In this document: in pieces, positions 36,329 to 56,273 of the stretch | Layout of the letters: every line of letters begins with the position of its first letter | Position numbering within the stretch: the first letter of the stretch is position 1 | Assembly: GCF_009914755.1 (NCBI RefSeq) | Contig: NC_060934.1 | Source of the DNA: the human T2T-CHM13v2.0 reference genome, Homo sapiens | Length of the DNA stretch: 64,000 nt | Strand: one strand, 5' to 3' | Made by a program: the position numbers and the translations under genes | The notes under the pieces: generated by a model | Seen by the model: the letters and a program-made list of their open reading frames with translations, nothing else | What the model was told of the DNA's origin: nothing | Database searches by the model: none

Positions 36329-37153
36329 CTAACTCATGATACGTAATAAAAAGAGGGTAAGTACAGCATCAATGCAAAGGTACTGTCAATTTTTTTAAAT
36401 TAAAAAAATAAGAATGAAAAGAACAAATTCCTCAAAACCTACCAAACAAAATTCTCCAGAAACATACTGCCATGAAATATATGAAAATTCTGGCCAGTTT
36501 TCCATGCATTTTTTAAAGAACTGAATGAACTAAAAGAAGAAATGAGAAAAAGAGTAGTAGAGGGAAAAGACTTTGCAGAATGTTGAGTAAGAAAAAGACA
36601 ACACTGAAAACAGTGACTGGTAAGAATAAAATCGCCAGAAAACAACCACAGCACAGTCAACATATGCATCATTGGGGTACCTAAAAAAGAAAGCCAAAAC
36701 AAGATAACAGAACTAGTATTTAAATATATTTGAGGAAATAAATAAATTTTAAAAATTCCCTGAATTTTTCAATATGAAAATGGAAAGGGCATGAAGAAGG
36801 ACCCAGAATGATCAACACCAAGAACTATTTATCCTAGGAAAGTTATTGGATTTACTTGATTAATTAGAGAAAAAATTATTTGGGCAGCCATTTAAATGAC
36901 CAAGTTAATTTTAAGAGAGGAAAAAAAAAAGGCCAGCTCGCCTAGATTTCAACACAGTAATGGCAAATGCCAAATGACTATTGAGTGACACCTACATGAT
37001 ATTTAGGGTTAAAAGGTATGAGCTGTGGATTCTCCACTATAACCAGTCAAGCAGCCATTCAAGTAACATAGCCCCAATTCTGAACATAGAGAAATTCAAG
37101 GCACATTTTTCCCCAAGAACACTTTTTGAGAAAACTATTAGAAAATGAACTTC

Positions 37154-37445
37154 AGGCCAGGCGCAGTGGCTCACACCCACAATCCCAGCACCTTGGGAGG
37201 CTGTGGTGAGCGGATCACCTGAGGTCCAGGGTTCAAGACCAGCCTGGCCAACATGATGAAACCCTGTCTCTACTAAAAATACAAAAATTAGCTGGGCGTG
37301 GTGGCGGGCGCCTGTAATCCCAGCTACTCAGGAGCCTGAGGCAGAAGAATCGCTTGAACTGGAGGCAGAGGTTGCAGTGAGCCAAGATCGCGCCACTGCA
37401 CTCCAGCATGGGCAATAGAGCAAAACTCAGTCTCAAAAAAAAAAA
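37154..37445 (+). mobile_element. AluS
   Basis: Full dimer, TSD gaaaatga.cttca. Confidence 0.9.
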
Positions 37446-38156
37446 TGAAAATGACCTTCAGCAAATAAGGGCATTAGAGCAAGAAATTTTAATATAAATG
37501 TTTTATTCCCTATCAGGATATGTCATCAATATAAAAATAAGTGAGGGGGGATGGAAAAGCAGACAGGAAGTCAGGTGTGCCGCTTGCCTACTGAAATAAT
37601 GCTGAAAGTTAAATATCACTCAAATACAAGAATAAGTACATTTAAGAGTAAAAAGGAAAATATTAAGGAAGAAAACATTATTAACTAATATCAGATGAGT
37701 GACTAAAGAGAGTAAGAAAAGAAGACACCACAAACTAATCTTACCACTGCTCATGGTAGAAAACAACAGAGACTGTCTAAATAAATAATCGCTAAGCAAA
37801 CTTACAATCATAAAGTAATAAAATAATAATGCAAACCTTCCTAAAACCAAGAAACATACACTCATGCGTGCACACTAAATTAAAAAATATAAAAGACCAC
37901 ATAATGAAAGACTTTTAGGAATTAAACCAAAAAGGAAAATATTACAGAACTCAAGCCAATCATAAATAGCCTAAATTACTTTCATTAAAAGAAACATACT
38001 TTCAGAATATGTCTGAGAGTAAAATTCAATTCAATTGTACATAAAAGAGACTCAACTAAAATAAAATGATTCTGAAAGATGGAATATAAAATAAAGGGCA
38101 CAGGTATACCAAATAAAAGGCACATGTATACCAAACGCAAATAAAAAGAAAGCAGC

Positions 38157-38497
<341 letters not shown>

Positions 38498-38969
38498 TCA
38501 GGCCAAAAGGCATTAAATAAGACCAAGAAGAACACTTTATAATGATAAAAGATGTATGTAATTCACAATTAAGTTTTATCTATACAACAAATAACACAAC
38601 AGTAATATACAGAAAGCTGGAATCCTAGTAGCTATTAGGAGAAATGCAACACATCGGGAGTCACACCTTTAATCCACCTCTCAGGCCATGACCTCTGGGC
38701 AAGAGGCCAAAAATGTAAGAAAATAGATCTGAATCATTATTTAATCATGTAAACCTGATCAATACATTTACTGACTATATAATTAGAGACAAAGTAAACT
38801 TCAAAAATTCCAAAAAAAAAACCAGACAGTATTCTCTAATCAAAATGCAATAAAAATATAAATTATTGACAAAGCCACAAAACAAAACAAAAAGCCCCTC
38901 TACCTGGAAATTTTGAAATTCCTTGGGTCACAAAGGAAATAAAACTAAAATTACCACATGTCAGAACTA

Positions 38970-39283
<314 letters not shown>

Positions 39284-39997
39284 GAACCAAGAGACATGGC
39301 TTAAACTATGCTCAATGGACAACTCATATATGAAGTGCTAGAAAAGAAACAAAATAAATGGAAGAAACCCAAAAGAAGAAATTAATAAAGAACAAAGCCA
39401 AAAATAACAGTAAGAAAATCATTAAAGAGAATAAATAATAAATCTAAAAGCTGAGTTTTTTTAGTAGGAAAAAACTAGGTAAACCATTAGCTAACATAAC
39501 CACGAGGAGAAAAGAGGAAGTACAAATTCAAATATGGCACTGTCTGTAACAGTTAAATATAGTACATTCATCAAAAGAAACACTGCAGCTTTAAAATAAC
39601 GAACAAAGGAAATCTTTATGTCCTGAGATGAAAAGATATGTATCAGCTGCCCACTGTGTTAAAAACAGGAAATAAGAATCTATAATTGTATTTTCTTGTA
39701 TACGCAAAAGAATCTTTGGGAGAATACACAAGCATCAAGATACTGATTTCCTACTGAAAGGAGTGGAAATTGGGTAGATGGGAAGGCAAGGATAAGAAGG
39801 ATACTTTTCATCATATAATGTTTTCTACTTCTGGATTTTGAGCTATAGAGCCTTATAATTTATTATTTAAAACTGCATATGGCCAAGATTAATTCATCAA
39901 ATATTTTAAGCTTGGACTATATGCCAAACACTATACTTGGTGTTGGAGATGCACAAAATGAAAAGATCGAGTCCTCTTTCCTAAAGAGTGATAGTTT

Positions 39998-40374
<377 letters not shown>

Positions 40375-40782
40375 CTATAAAGAATACCTCTATCTACACA
40401 AGGGAAAAAAGGAAGGCTGTTCATAGAGGATAGCTCTTGTTAAAGACTTAAAGGTGAGTCAAAGATTTCCAGTGGAAAAATAAAGGACATCCCAGATAAA
40501 AGCAGAAAGCAGTGGCAAAGGTATGGGAGTAGAGAGAGCAAACAGTATTCGAGAAACCATTACAGATCAAGATTCTGCAGAAGGAAGAATGGTTAGAATT
40601 AAGACTGAAGAAGTTGAAAACCAGCTAGCTAAGAAAGGGCATTACATATCTTGTTACCTAATTTTATCACCTTTCACATGACAGGCATTGTGCTATGTGC
40701 TGGGTATAAAGCAGTAAACATGGCCTCCTTCCTGCAGTTTACAGTCTAGAGGACAATGTCAAAGAATTTAAAAAAGAGGTTT

Positions 40783-41462
<680 letters not shown>

Positions 41463-41632
41463 GTACATTTTAGAATAATATAACAATCTTTCCTGATTAT
41501 CAGGCTGATTATAATATACTTAATTGTATTTATATACTGCAAGTATATAAGACTACGAGATCTATTTCTCATGGCTCTAGAATACTTGCATCTTTTTTTA
41601 ATACTTATGATAAACTGTCACTTCATTCAACC

Positions 41633-41921
41633 TTTTTTTTTTTGAGATGGAATCTCGCTCTGTTGCCCAGGCTGGAGTGCAATAGCATGATCTTGGCTCA
41701 CTGCAACCTCCGCCTCCTGGGTTCAACCGGTTCTCCTGCCATGGCCTCATGAGAAGCTGAGTATGGGCATGCGCCACCACACCCAGCTAATTTTGTATTT
41801 TAGTAGAGATGGGGTTTCACCATGTTGGTCAGGCTGGTCTCAAACTCCTGACCTCAGGTGATCCACCTGCCTCAGCCTCCCAAGGTGCTGGGATTACAGG
41901 CCTGAGCCACCGCGCCTGGCC
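41633..41921 (-). mobile_element. AluS
   Basis: Full dimer. Confidence 0.9.
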
Positions 41922-42950
41922 TGAAGTATGTAATTTTACGTTATAAAAATATTCATCCATATGACTTCTTCAATTACATAATTCTTAATTACCTACTCAC
42001 TACATTAACACATTCCCTCTCCCTTGCCCCACTAAAATGAATAACGCTAGCAGGAGATTAAAAAACTAATATGAAAGAAAAAAGGCAAGTAGTGATTTGG
42101 TTTCACTGAGAAATCTTACCATTATCAAGAGATCATGGGCCTCCATCAATGAATGAACCACATTAAAATTCTGCTCAAGAAACCTTCATTGAAATCCCTC
42201 AGAATCCTTATCTTTTGGGGAGAGTATCTGTCTGAGCTATGTCATATGTAATCATCTTAATAGTTAACAAAATTATTTAATTATTTATTGTTGAATAAAC
42301 AGAAATAGATCTCCTCCAGGATTCTAAGGTCAACAGTCTATGAGTGGTCCTGAAATGTTCAGGTGAAGTAGAAATTTTAATTTAATGTAATATAATGCAT
42401 CAGAATTCTCTAAAAGCATTATGCAACTGAATGTGTGTCTTGAATTACTAGCAACATAATCATTAATATGATTTCCAATTCTATCCAATGAGTCTCTAGG
42501 CAGGCTATCATACCTCTTAACTATCATAATTACCTAAATAACTTGAAATTTTTCATTTAAACATAAATCTGAGAACTAAATATATTACATTACCCTCATC
42601 TTTGCACAAAATAAAAACTCTCCAAAAAAATTATGTTCCATTTATTACTTTTTCCTCAGAGGCAAAAATGCAAAACAATTGCTTCTAGCAATTCTTCTTC
42701 TTCTTCTTAAGCTACTCTTAAACATTTTATTTTAAAATAATTAGATATCAGAAGAAATATTCCCATTAGAGCTAACAAGCAATGAACAAAAATTAATGGG
42801 AAACAAGTTCTAAAAAATATGCTAATAATGCTAATGACCTACAGAGTGAATAAAATCAAAAGCAATATTTTTCAAGAGGTAAGAATTTTGATCTTACAGC
42901 CAGCACTACAGAGTAAAAACACTAATAAATTTCTCTTTCATAACACTTAC

Positions 42951-43036
42951 CTTTGTCTAGGAACTATGAAGAGTGCCCGTACCAACTTCTTCCTGTTTGC
43001 TTTTGTGTTCATGTTCATGCAAAAATCCATTGCTGC
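42951..43036 (-). CDS. UPF2: UPF2 coding exon E (86 nt, phase 0 to 2): AAMDFCMNMNTKANRKKLVRALFIVPRQ(R)
   Basis: Read manually (not in ORF track); acceptor tttttcccaatag|GCAG, donor AAAG|gtaagt; frame continuous with neighbours. Confidence 0.96.
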
Positions 43037-43383
43037 CTATTGGGAAAAAGTAAACTTTTTCTTTAAAAACCTCTAATTAGTTACGGAGAGCAGAAATCCT
43101 GCCTACTATGATATTTTTATTTGTTCTTAAACATTTCAAAATGGTTTTAAGAAACTAGTATTGTTAGTATCAGGAAAGTTTTCTGATAGAGCTCAAAAGT
43201 AGCAAGAATAGTTACCAAGAGCCAAGAAAATTACTAATGCTAATAAGGATAACCAAAAAGCAGTAAAGGGGAATGAGCAAAGAGAAAGAGACAGGCACAA
43301 ATTATACCCAAGAAGATGGAAGAAGAAGAAGTGTGCCCCCACATTCACTAAAAAAGTTTAGTGTCGACAGTCAGATTTGGTAA

Positions 43384-43670
43384 TGTTAGGGTTTAGAAAG
43401 CAATACCCCAAAATATGGCTCTTTGGATGCTGAGTACTTCATTTGAACTAAGAAAACTGGAAAGCCTGATAAGCGGCCTCAGTGAAGGTCTCTCTGACCA
43501 ACCCTTGTTTCTCTTCACAAGTGCAGGAAATGGCGCTCTCTCTCTCTCTCCAAGATGCCTTAACTGACAGAGGAGAATTCTTCCAAAAGAAACTCAACTG
43601 TCTTCAATCCCCTGTCTAAAATTTCATAAAACAGGGAATTTATCTAGATGACCATTACCACCTGGACAGA
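43384..43670 (+). mobile_element. ERV1-class LTR fragment (MER34/MER39-like)
   Basis: tgttagggtttagaaagcaataccccaaaatatggc...aaggtctctctgacc. Confidence 0.6.
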
Positions 43671-43671
43671 C

Positions 43672-44320
<649 letters not shown>

Positions 44321-44511
44321 CTCATTTGTATGGACTCAACAAGGAGACTCTTAAGTGACAGTGGCACTGTTTTTTTAATTGCAAATGCATGGTGAAAACA
44401 TAATGCTAGTATAATTTGGTACCACTACCTTGAATCATGATAAAATGCTAGTAGCTCTACCCACCATCACTTTTGCAAATGTCAAAACAATAAAAAAGAA
44501 AAAAAAACATC

Positions 44512-44833
<322 letters not shown>

Positions 44834-45185
44834 TTAGTATTATCATCAAAAGAATTTTTGACCTCACAGAACCCCAGGAAGTGCCTCAAAGCCATTAAAA
44901 ATCCAGAAACCATACTTTTAGCACCTTTGATCTAAAACAATATTTTCCAAACTATGGGATCCATGTATGAACAGGACAGGATGCTACAGCCAATTCTCTA
45001 CCCAAACAGAGCATCTATGAATTACATCCAATTTTGTCTGCTTATGCTGAATTCCCATCTAAGACTTTATTTGAAGAAATGGTGGACTTTGTAGCTCAAA
45101 CAGTCTAAAAACCATAGACATTCCTTATCAGAGGACTCCTACAAGGTCCATGTGCTTGAATAAAGTTACACAGAGATACCAATAC

Positions 45186-45289
45186 CTTGTCTATCAGATC
45201 TCGGTTGACACAGTTGGGTAACTGCTGTAGGAAAGCATCTACTATGAGCTTGAGATGAGATCCAGTGCTGGCTTCCTCATCTTCTTGTT
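45186..45289 (-). CDS. UPF2: UPF2 coding exon D (104 nt, phase 1 to 0): EQEDEEASTGSHLKLIVDAFLQQLPNCVNRDLIDK
   Basis: Acceptor ttttacattag|AACA, donor CAAG|gtattg; overlaps ORF 45105..45353. Confidence 0.97.
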
Positions 45290-45539
45290 CTAATGTAAAA
45301 TTAGTTTTTAAATAGGTTAAAAAAAAAAGAGAACACAGAATAAAAACATCCAATGATGAATTATTTGGAAAATAGATAATCTAGACCAATTTTTGTGCCC
45401 AGGAAAACATTAGTCATTTTTTAGAATATTATCCTAGAAAGTTTAGGTAACTCTAGAATCATAACATCAATTCACTACAGTCCTTCAGGTATCAACTATA
45501 AAAGTCAAACTTTTTGCATTAGGCACAAAAACTTGGTCA

Positions 45540-46101
<562 letters not shown>

Positions 46102-46412
46102 AGGAATCCTAGCTAATCAACTCAAAACTCGATAAGAAGCATTTAGGGAATAAATGTAATATTTGTATTACTGAATACAAACACAACTCAATTATAAAGA
46201 CAGACAAAATTAACAGATGAACTGATAAGCTAGTCATATTCCCACCTAGTAATCATTTCAGAATAACTTTCAAATACATTTATGTTGTTTGTAAAGATTA
46301 TGTCATAGAATTAAATCAATCAGGAGAATGCTATCAAGTTCTCAGAAAAGTGTAAGTATCTTTATTCTATCATAGAAGGGGTAGCGAGAAAAGTATATTT
46401 TAAGATATTTAG

Positions 46413-46723
<311 letters not shown>

Positions 46724-46955
46724 TTAGAACTAAGTTATTTAAAATTTAGATGATCATTAAAGTTTGTAGACACACAATACTGGGTATGTAGTGTCCTGTT
46801 ATAAATCAAATTCTGAAAACAGTGATGGACTGAAAACAACAGAAAAACAAGGAATTAAAAAATACAGAATTAAGGAGAAAAGATCTATATTCTTAGGCAA
46901 GAGCTCTGTGTGTAAAAACCAATTAAAAATGAAAGTTGGTAAATTAGTTCTTTAC

Positions 46956-47105
46956 CTTGTTCATCAAGAAGTTTCTTTGTAAGATCTTCAGCTTCATCTC
47001 CACCCTCTAATTCTAAGGTGTCATCATTAATTTCTAGATTCTCCAACTCAAGTTCCAAATCATCGGGACTTGATACCTCCTTATTCTCCTTAGATTCTTT
47101 TGCCT
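46956..47105 (-). CDS. UPF2: UPF2 coding exon C (150 nt, phase 1 to 1): acidic segment EAKESKENKEVSSPDDLELELENLEINDDTLELEGGDEAEDLTKKLLDEQ
   Basis: Acceptor tttttcaacag|AGGC, donor CAAG|gtaaag; overlaps ORF 46885..47163. Confidence 0.97.
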
Positions 47106-47268
47106 CTGTTGAAAAACAAACAAGTATACCTAAATTCAAAGTCATATGAAAATCCTGCTGCACAAAAGTAGATTAAGACTCACAAAATCTGCAGGTTCTT
47201 TTAGAAGCTGCATGTATACCTGGCAACTGAAGTTAATATATTTAGATTTTATAAAACACATTATGCTC

Positions 47269-47619
<351 letters not shown>

Positions 47620-48923
47620 TTAACTGAAGAGATGGATGGATGACTGGATGGAGAGAGATTGTGTGGATGAGGACTTACATGGCGTGAGGATCTATCTATG
47701 CTAAAGATGAGGGGGAAAAAAGGCTGATTAAAGTGGACTCACATTAAAAAGCGTCTCAAACTCCCAGATGAGGAGTTGAGACTTTCTCCTTTATGCAAGG
47801 GATAATATTTAAAAGGGATCTGATGTGAAAATTAACTTAGCAGCAATATATAAAATCAATTAGAAAGTCAGAAAAGGGTAGATGTAGAAAGACCAATTAG
47901 GAAAATATCCTTATCATTTCAATGTGAAGGGTTAGAGAAAACCAAAAAATGAAACACAACAAAGGAAAATGGCCAGTAACTGGTAAAAGGCAAAATTGGA
48001 AGAATAAAAAAGAAGAGAAACCAAACCTTAGCTAAATAAAACTGACAAAATATTAATAACTGAAGTTGAGTGATAGGTAAATCCAAGTTCACTATACCAG
48101 CCTTCTTTTGTGTTTTCGCAAATCAAATAAAATTCTCGTAAATAAAAAACAAAAGCCAATAAAACCTGAGTTCAGGAATGTATACTTAAATTGAAAGTAT
48201 GGTATTTCTCAGCTTCATCTCTTATAGTCTCTAATCTCCTAATTTATGCATTGAACACAGAAATGTCTTACTGATACTTGATGTCATATCTTATTTGGGA
48301 GGATGAAAACTCTAACTAGTATGAATCAGTTTTGCTACCTCTAGATGAAAACAGACTTCTACTTTCTCATTCATTCATCTTTTCATTCTACTTTTATTGA
48401 ATTCCTACTATGTGCTAGGTATTGTTCTAAGCACCAGGAATATACCTGTGAGTACAGCAGAGAAAAACTCCTGCCCACATGGAGCATGCAGTCACTCCCC
48501 AATGTCCCCTGATGTCTGGCTACTAAAACATCTACTAATCAGCTACATGTTCAGAATGACGCTAAGCTGTCAAACATTCTGAAAAAAGCTTAAAATGTGA
48601 CCCTTGCTCTCAAAAAACATACAATTTATCTGAGGAAATTAAACTAATATGCATAAGGTAGTCAAATAGGGTATGGTGGGAGAGGGTTCCAACCAGAAAA
48701 CAGAACAATGCAGGAAGGCAAGAAGGCAAGAAGATGGGCCCATTTCAGAGACTGAGAAGGATGGCAAATTAAGGGTAATAGAGTTGTAATGGCAAACCTG
48801 AGAGAAACTATGCAGGGTCCTAGAGACAATGTTAACAATTTTAAATTATATTCCAAGTACATGTAAAGTTATTCAAGGACATCAGGTAGGCAGGAGAGTA
48901 AAATTAACGTTTAGGAATGCATA

Positions 48924-49305
<382 letters not shown>

Positions 49306-49811
49306 TTAGATTAGAATAGCAGCAGCAAATGTAAGACAAACCTGAGAAACACAATGTAACCGGCATTCAGAAACTCCCACTCTATTAACGACCTAAAAGC
49401 TCTGACTTCTCTAAAGTCACTCTTCTTCTCAAAGAGTTGGTTCTATCTAGCCTAGAAAGGGCAGTACAGGTAATGAGCATCATAGAGCTAACACCTGCCC
49501 TAACAATCTGATACCTGGGGGAAATGTGCATCTTACCAAGACCTCACTTGAATTCACTACAAGACATTATAAACAAACACTTTCCAATTAATTCACATTA
49601 ACTTAAATGTATCAGCACTGTTAAAAGTATGTCAATTATCATCCTTTAATGCTCCATCATTCCATATAATTCTGTCACTCATTTACTCTAATGACTCAAT
49701 GTTCATATTACAAAACTAGTAACTACAATATATATATTTTTTTTTTACAAATACTATTTTGAAGCTAATTCTTATAGCACTTAATGTAAATATTTTTTCT
49801 CTAGAATTTAC

Positions 49812-50009
49812 CTTTGGTATCATCTTTGTTGGACTCTTTATTCTGACAACTTTTTTCATTGTCTTTAAACAAGATGGCTGGGACAAAAGCCTTCAAATCA
49901 ATGAGGTTCTCATAAAAATTCCGAGCATCTTCATCTTCCCATATACCACCTTCCAAGTCATATTCTCCAGGTTTACCAGGTGTGAATATATCAATTCCAG
50001 GCCCATGTT
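49812..50009 (-). CDS. UPF2: UPF2 coding exon B (198 nt, phase 1 to 1): EHGPGIDIFTPGKPGEYDLEGGIWEDEDARNFYENLIDLKAFVPAILFKDNEKSCQNKESNKDDTK
   Basis: Acceptor ttattgtag|AACA, donor AAAG|gtaaat; overlaps ORF 49801..50028. Confidence 0.97.
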
Positions 50010-50536
50010 CTACAATAAAATAAATCACAAGTAATTAACATAACTTGAGGTTATAGCATGATAAACATGACATAAGTTATTTTTTCAGTTTTACATCTAT
50101 TGAATCTTGAGTGTTTCAACTGACAGGAACTTCTTCAATTAACAAGCACATGTGACCGTTTTCAACACCAAATCACAAACTGTGTTTTAAATAAAGCCCT
50201 AAAATAAAACAGACTAGAGAACAACATAAAGATTTTTTTCTCTTACATTTGTTTTAAGCAATTAATATGAGATTAAGTAGCCATTTGATAAATTAGGTCT
50301 ACTTTCATGAAACTTAAAATCAAAAAATAAAATATATAAGCCTGGCCACTCCTAAGACATCCGTTTAAAGTCCCACCTCCCCCATGAGTATTTTTTTTTT
50401 TTTGGCAACTCATAATCCTCTATACTATTTACATCATACTTATATACCATTTATATCTCCAAAAACAGACCATAAACCTTTACTTAAGAAGCATCCCTCC
50501 TTTTGGCATAATCCTTGGCACATGGTAGATTGCCAC

Positions 50537-51459
<923 letters not shown>

Positions 51460-51996
51460 TTTATTTTCTTTTATGCCATAAATGTCAGTCAATTGATAAC
51501 TGGAAAAGAAGGGAAGAAAGATGAAGCGTACAGATCTCTTATTAGAGAATGGAAAGTATGTACCTATTTACACACATGCAGTACATACAACTATAGATCA
51601 TAAACTCAGAACACTGAAAGTAATTAACTTCCTACTTTATGATTATGAGCCCATTCATGAACTTATCTACTCTCACATACTTCTCTCCAAATGAGAATTA
51701 TAAATAGATTATGTAAATTAAAATTAACCGTAAGTTAGATTATTCATTAAATGTGATTTATGAAAATAAGAACACCAAAAACAAAAAAAACACTGGCTCC
51801 TCGAAACTCCTTACTTTCCTTACAGAAAATATATTTAAACACAGACTTATTAGGACACTAAACCCATACACCAAAAAGAAAAACACTGACATATTTACAA
51901 CTTCTGTTTAATGAAAAGTATAAACAAAAGCAAAAAACAAACTGGAAGACAATATTGACAATATTTAAAGAATACATCCATAATATATAGAGCATA

Positions 51997-52230
51997 GTAT
52001 AATGAATATATTTGGTGTTTGTCCTTGGTTCCTGGCAGACCTCCTAAAACCCTTAGAATTTCCTGAGTGAAAGGAATGTATTTTGTTATTCATAACAAGC
52101 TTTTTGATCCTACCTCAGCTGATGCTAATGAGGTGACTTAGGGTGGAGTCTCTGGATGGTCTCTACGATGGAGCCAAGTCACCAGAAAGACCGAGTGATT
52201 ACAGGCTTAGAACTTTCAGCCCCACTCACC
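51997..52230 (+). mobile_element. MER21-like LTR fragment
   Basis: ctcctaaaacccttagaatttcctgagtga; gctaatgaggtgactta; caccagaaagacc. Confidence 0.7.
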
Positions 52231-52231
52231 C

Positions 52232-52385
52232 ACCCATCTGTGAAGCAGAGTCCTCGCCAGACACCAACTTGGCTGGCACCTTGATCTTAGACTTCCCAGA
52301 CTCCAGACAGAGGAACAAGTTTCTGTTGTTCATAAGTTGCCCGGTCTAGGGTATTTTGTTACAGCAGCCTGAAAAGACTAAGACA
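52232..52385 (+). mobile_element. MaLR LTR 3' part (MLT1A/MST-like)
   Basis: ggcaccttgatcttagacttcccagactccaga...tattttgttacagcagcctgaaaagactaagaca. Confidence 0.75.
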
Positions 52386-52828
52386 ACTATGTAATATTAA
52401 TCAGGTGTTAAAAGGAATGAGATGTATCTACAAGAACTGACTCAGAAAGCTCTCAAAAATAATAATTGAAACAATAAAGGAAATCATGCAAAATATCTCA
52501 CCTAAGTTAATGAAGCTAGAGATATCTGATTATATATATTTTCTGGAAAAAAGTAAAGTCTGGACACATTACTATCAAGCTGTTAAGAGTGGTTACCTTG
52601 GAGAATGTAATGCATCTGACAGTAAACTTTCACTTTTTAATCTATAATATGCATAAATATTTTGTGTATCTAAAAAATAATGTAAATCATAAAAAAGAAA
52701 TTCAACTTTTGAGAGGTAAAAATACTACCAAATCAAAAGTAATAAAAAATAGGAATATCACAGGCACAGGACAAGAGAAAAACAGAGGAGTGATAGTTGC
52801 AATGCATATAAAAAATATAATTTCCGTC

Positions 52829-53113
52829 GGCCGGGCACAGTGGCTCACGCCTGTAATCCCAACACTTTGGGAGGCTGCGGCAGGTGGATAACGAGGTCAG
52901 GAGATCGAGACTATCCTAGCTAACACAGTGAAACCCCGTCTCTACTAAAAATACAAAAAAATTAGCCGGCCGTGGTGGCAGGCACCTGTAGTCCCAGCTA
53001 CTCAGGAGACTGAGGCAGGAAAATGGTGTGAACCCGGGGAGCAGAGCTTGCAGTGAGCTGTGAACGCGCCACTACACTCCAGCCTGGGCAACACAGCAAG
53101 GCGCCGTCTCAAA

Positions 53114-53157
<44 letters not shown>
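52829..53157 (+). mobile_element. AluY-like with (TAA)14 tail
   Basis: Full dimer. Confidence 0.9.
53115..53157. repeat. (TAA)14 microsatellite
   Basis: Perfect trinucleotide run in Alu tail. Confidence 0.95.
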
Positions 53158-53162
<5 letters not shown>

Positions 53163-53177
53163 TAATATACAAAGTGC

Positions 53178-53439
<262 letters not shown>

Positions 53440-53634
53440 TAAATCAATTTTTTAAAAAGATACAAGGGGAAAAAGGACAGGGGGTGGGGGTATAAAAGAT
53501 TCAAATAGGAATTTCACAGGGAAAATAATACATTTATAAAACAGCCAATAAACTTAAAGATGCTAAAACCTGACTTCAAATTTAAAAATTAAGAACTGCA
53601 ATGTGGTAAGAGTGTAAAGAAACAGTCATTCTCA

Positions 53635-53942
<308 letters not shown>

Positions 53943-53971
53943 TCATTCTCATACACTTAGTGGCATGTAAA

Positions 53972-54393
53972 TTTTTTTTTTTAAGTTCCAAGATACATGT
54001 GCAGAATGTGCAGGTGTGTTACATAGGTATACATGTTCCATGGTGGTTTGCTGCACTTACCAACCCGTCACCTAGGTTTTAAGTCCCGCATGCATTAGGT
54101 ATTTGTCCTAATGCTCTCCCTCCCCTTACCCCCAACCTCCCAACAGGCCCCAGTGTGTGTTGTTCCCCTCCCTGTGTCCATGTGTTCTCACTGTTCAACT
54201 CCCACTTATGAGTGAGAACATGTGGTATTTGGTTTTTTTCCTATGTTAGTTTGCTGAGAATGATGGCTTCCAGCTTCATCCATGTCCCTGCAAAGGACAT
54301 GAACTCACTCTTTTTTATGGCTGCATAGTATTCCATGGTGTATATGTACCACATTTTCTCTATCTAGTGTATTATTGATGGGCATTTGGGTTG
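53972..54393 (-). mobile_element. L1PA 3' end fragment (L1PA7/8-like)
   Basis: L1 3'UTR sequence with T-tract; TSD tgtaaattt on both sides. Confidence 0.9.
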
Positions 54394-54394
54394 C

Positions 54395-56262
54395 TGTAAA
54401 TTTCTTTAATAGAAAATATGGCATCATATATTGAAACTTAAAATGCATATATCCTTTTAACCCAAGAATTCTACTTCTAGAAATGTATCCTGTAAATACT
54501 AGCATATATACAGAAAGAAGCAGGTTCAGAGATTTTGTTACAGCACTGACAATAATAGCTAAAAGCCAGAAATATTAAGTGTTAATCAACAGAGGACAAG
54601 TAAATTACAGAACAACCATACAAAAGGATATTACTATGTAGCAATTAAAAATAATTAGATGGCACTAATGTATTAAAATGAAAAAAATCTAAGACATGAT
54701 TAACTGGAAAAAGTGGCTATAGAATAAAGGATATTCTGATCACTGGACAATGTAAGCCTCTTCTGCACAAGGTGAAGTACTATATCAGTGACCCAAAATA
54801 ACTAAAGATTCAAGCAAACAATATTAAAACAATGATTTTCAAACACTGGACATCAGGCAGTATAGGAAAATAATCCCTGATAGGGAGCAGACGAAAAACT
54901 CAGCTCTACAATTGCCCCAGCTTACTTCATAAAGAGATTTTTCCAGGCTGTGGCCAAGTAAGAGAGAAGCCAGGCAGTCTCCCTGAGTTGAGGATGAGAG
55001 CTGAGGGTCTGGTAATACTCTACCCAAGGTAGGCAGAGTTCCCAGGACACAGTACCAGAGAGGAGAAACCAGCACAAAGATAAACTTCAAAACATTTGCA
55101 AAGTCTCCTTGAACATTCAGCTGAGTACTGATCAGCTCCTATGTATAAGGAAACAAAATGTTCACCTGAGTACTGATCAGCCTCTATGTGTGAGGAAACT
55201 AGGTGAGACTGGGAAAATAACTACTGAAAAGAATTAAGACTCACAGAGAGGCTCATGGGACCAGGAATAGTCTGTATACCCACAAGGCTGACTGGAAGAA
55301 TCTTCTATGACTCTACTTTATCAGAAAAAGTCCAGAAAGATACTGCCTCAGTATTAGGAAAAATTAGCTTTAGATTAAAGGCTGCTCTGGTACCTCCTAA
55401 CAAAGCATCCTTTCAAAGATGAAACTATTTCCAAGTAACTTAACTGCAACCCAGGATGACGCTTAATGATATTTATAAGAATACAAAAATATCCAGGACA
55501 CATCCAATAAAACATAAGCGGGCAGCCAAAGAAGTAGAAAAATGACCAGACATGCAAAGGAGGTCAAGCAACTGCAATCAATTGAAACCAACTCGGAAAT
55601 CACACAGATGACAAGATTTGTAGACAAGGACTTTAAAACAGTTATTGTAACTGTATTTCATATGTTCAACAAGCTACAAGATTGAACATGTCAGATACAA
55701 AGAAAATATGACAAGACATAGATATAAAAAATGACTTCTCTAAATGGAATTAAGTTATTAGACACCGTAGAAGAAAAGATTAGTGAACTTGAAGACATAA
55801 CAACAGAAACTATCCAAAAGGAAAGGCAGGAAAAAATAACGAAGAACAAAAAGGAAAGGACATCAATGAACTGTGGGACAACTGAACAACCTAAAATACT
55901 TGTAATTGAGTCCCTATAGGAGAGGTGACGAAGAAGGAAAGAGAAAACACAATTGAAAAATAAAGGTCAAGATTTTCCTAATTTGATGATAACTATACAC
56001 CCACAGATCTAAGAAGTTCAAGGAACCCGAAGTACAAGAAACGAAGAAAACCACACCAAGCTACACCATAACTAATGCTTGAAATCAGCGATAATGAAAA
56101 AATTTTAAAACAATGAGAGAAAAAAATATAGATTATATAAATAAGAACAAAGGTCAGAAAGGTAGGAGCATTCTTGATGGAACAATGCAAGCTAGAAGAC
56201 AGAGGAGTAACATCTTTAAAGTACTGAAAGAAAAAAAAACTCTTGCCCTTAAGTTCTATGTC
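54395..56262 (+). mobile_element. Old L1M remnants (3' region followed by 5'/ORF1-like region)
   Basis: gaagaaaagattagtgaacttgaagacata, cccacagatctaagaagttcaaggaacc; ORF 55731..55919 resembles L1 ORF1 coiled coil. Confidence 0.7.
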
Positions 56263-56273
56263 TGAAAAAAAAA

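Noticed and set aside
44986-44998. 13-nt match acagccaattctc to the insert at 57848 and to 60119
   Set aside because: Shorter than the 18-nt match at 60118-60135 and could be chance; not taken as the template.
55121-55182. Direct repeat ctgagtactgatcagc twice, 45 nt apart
   Set aside because: Lies in an old L1M 5' region where short tandem subrepeats are normal; only two copies, so not CRISPR-like.
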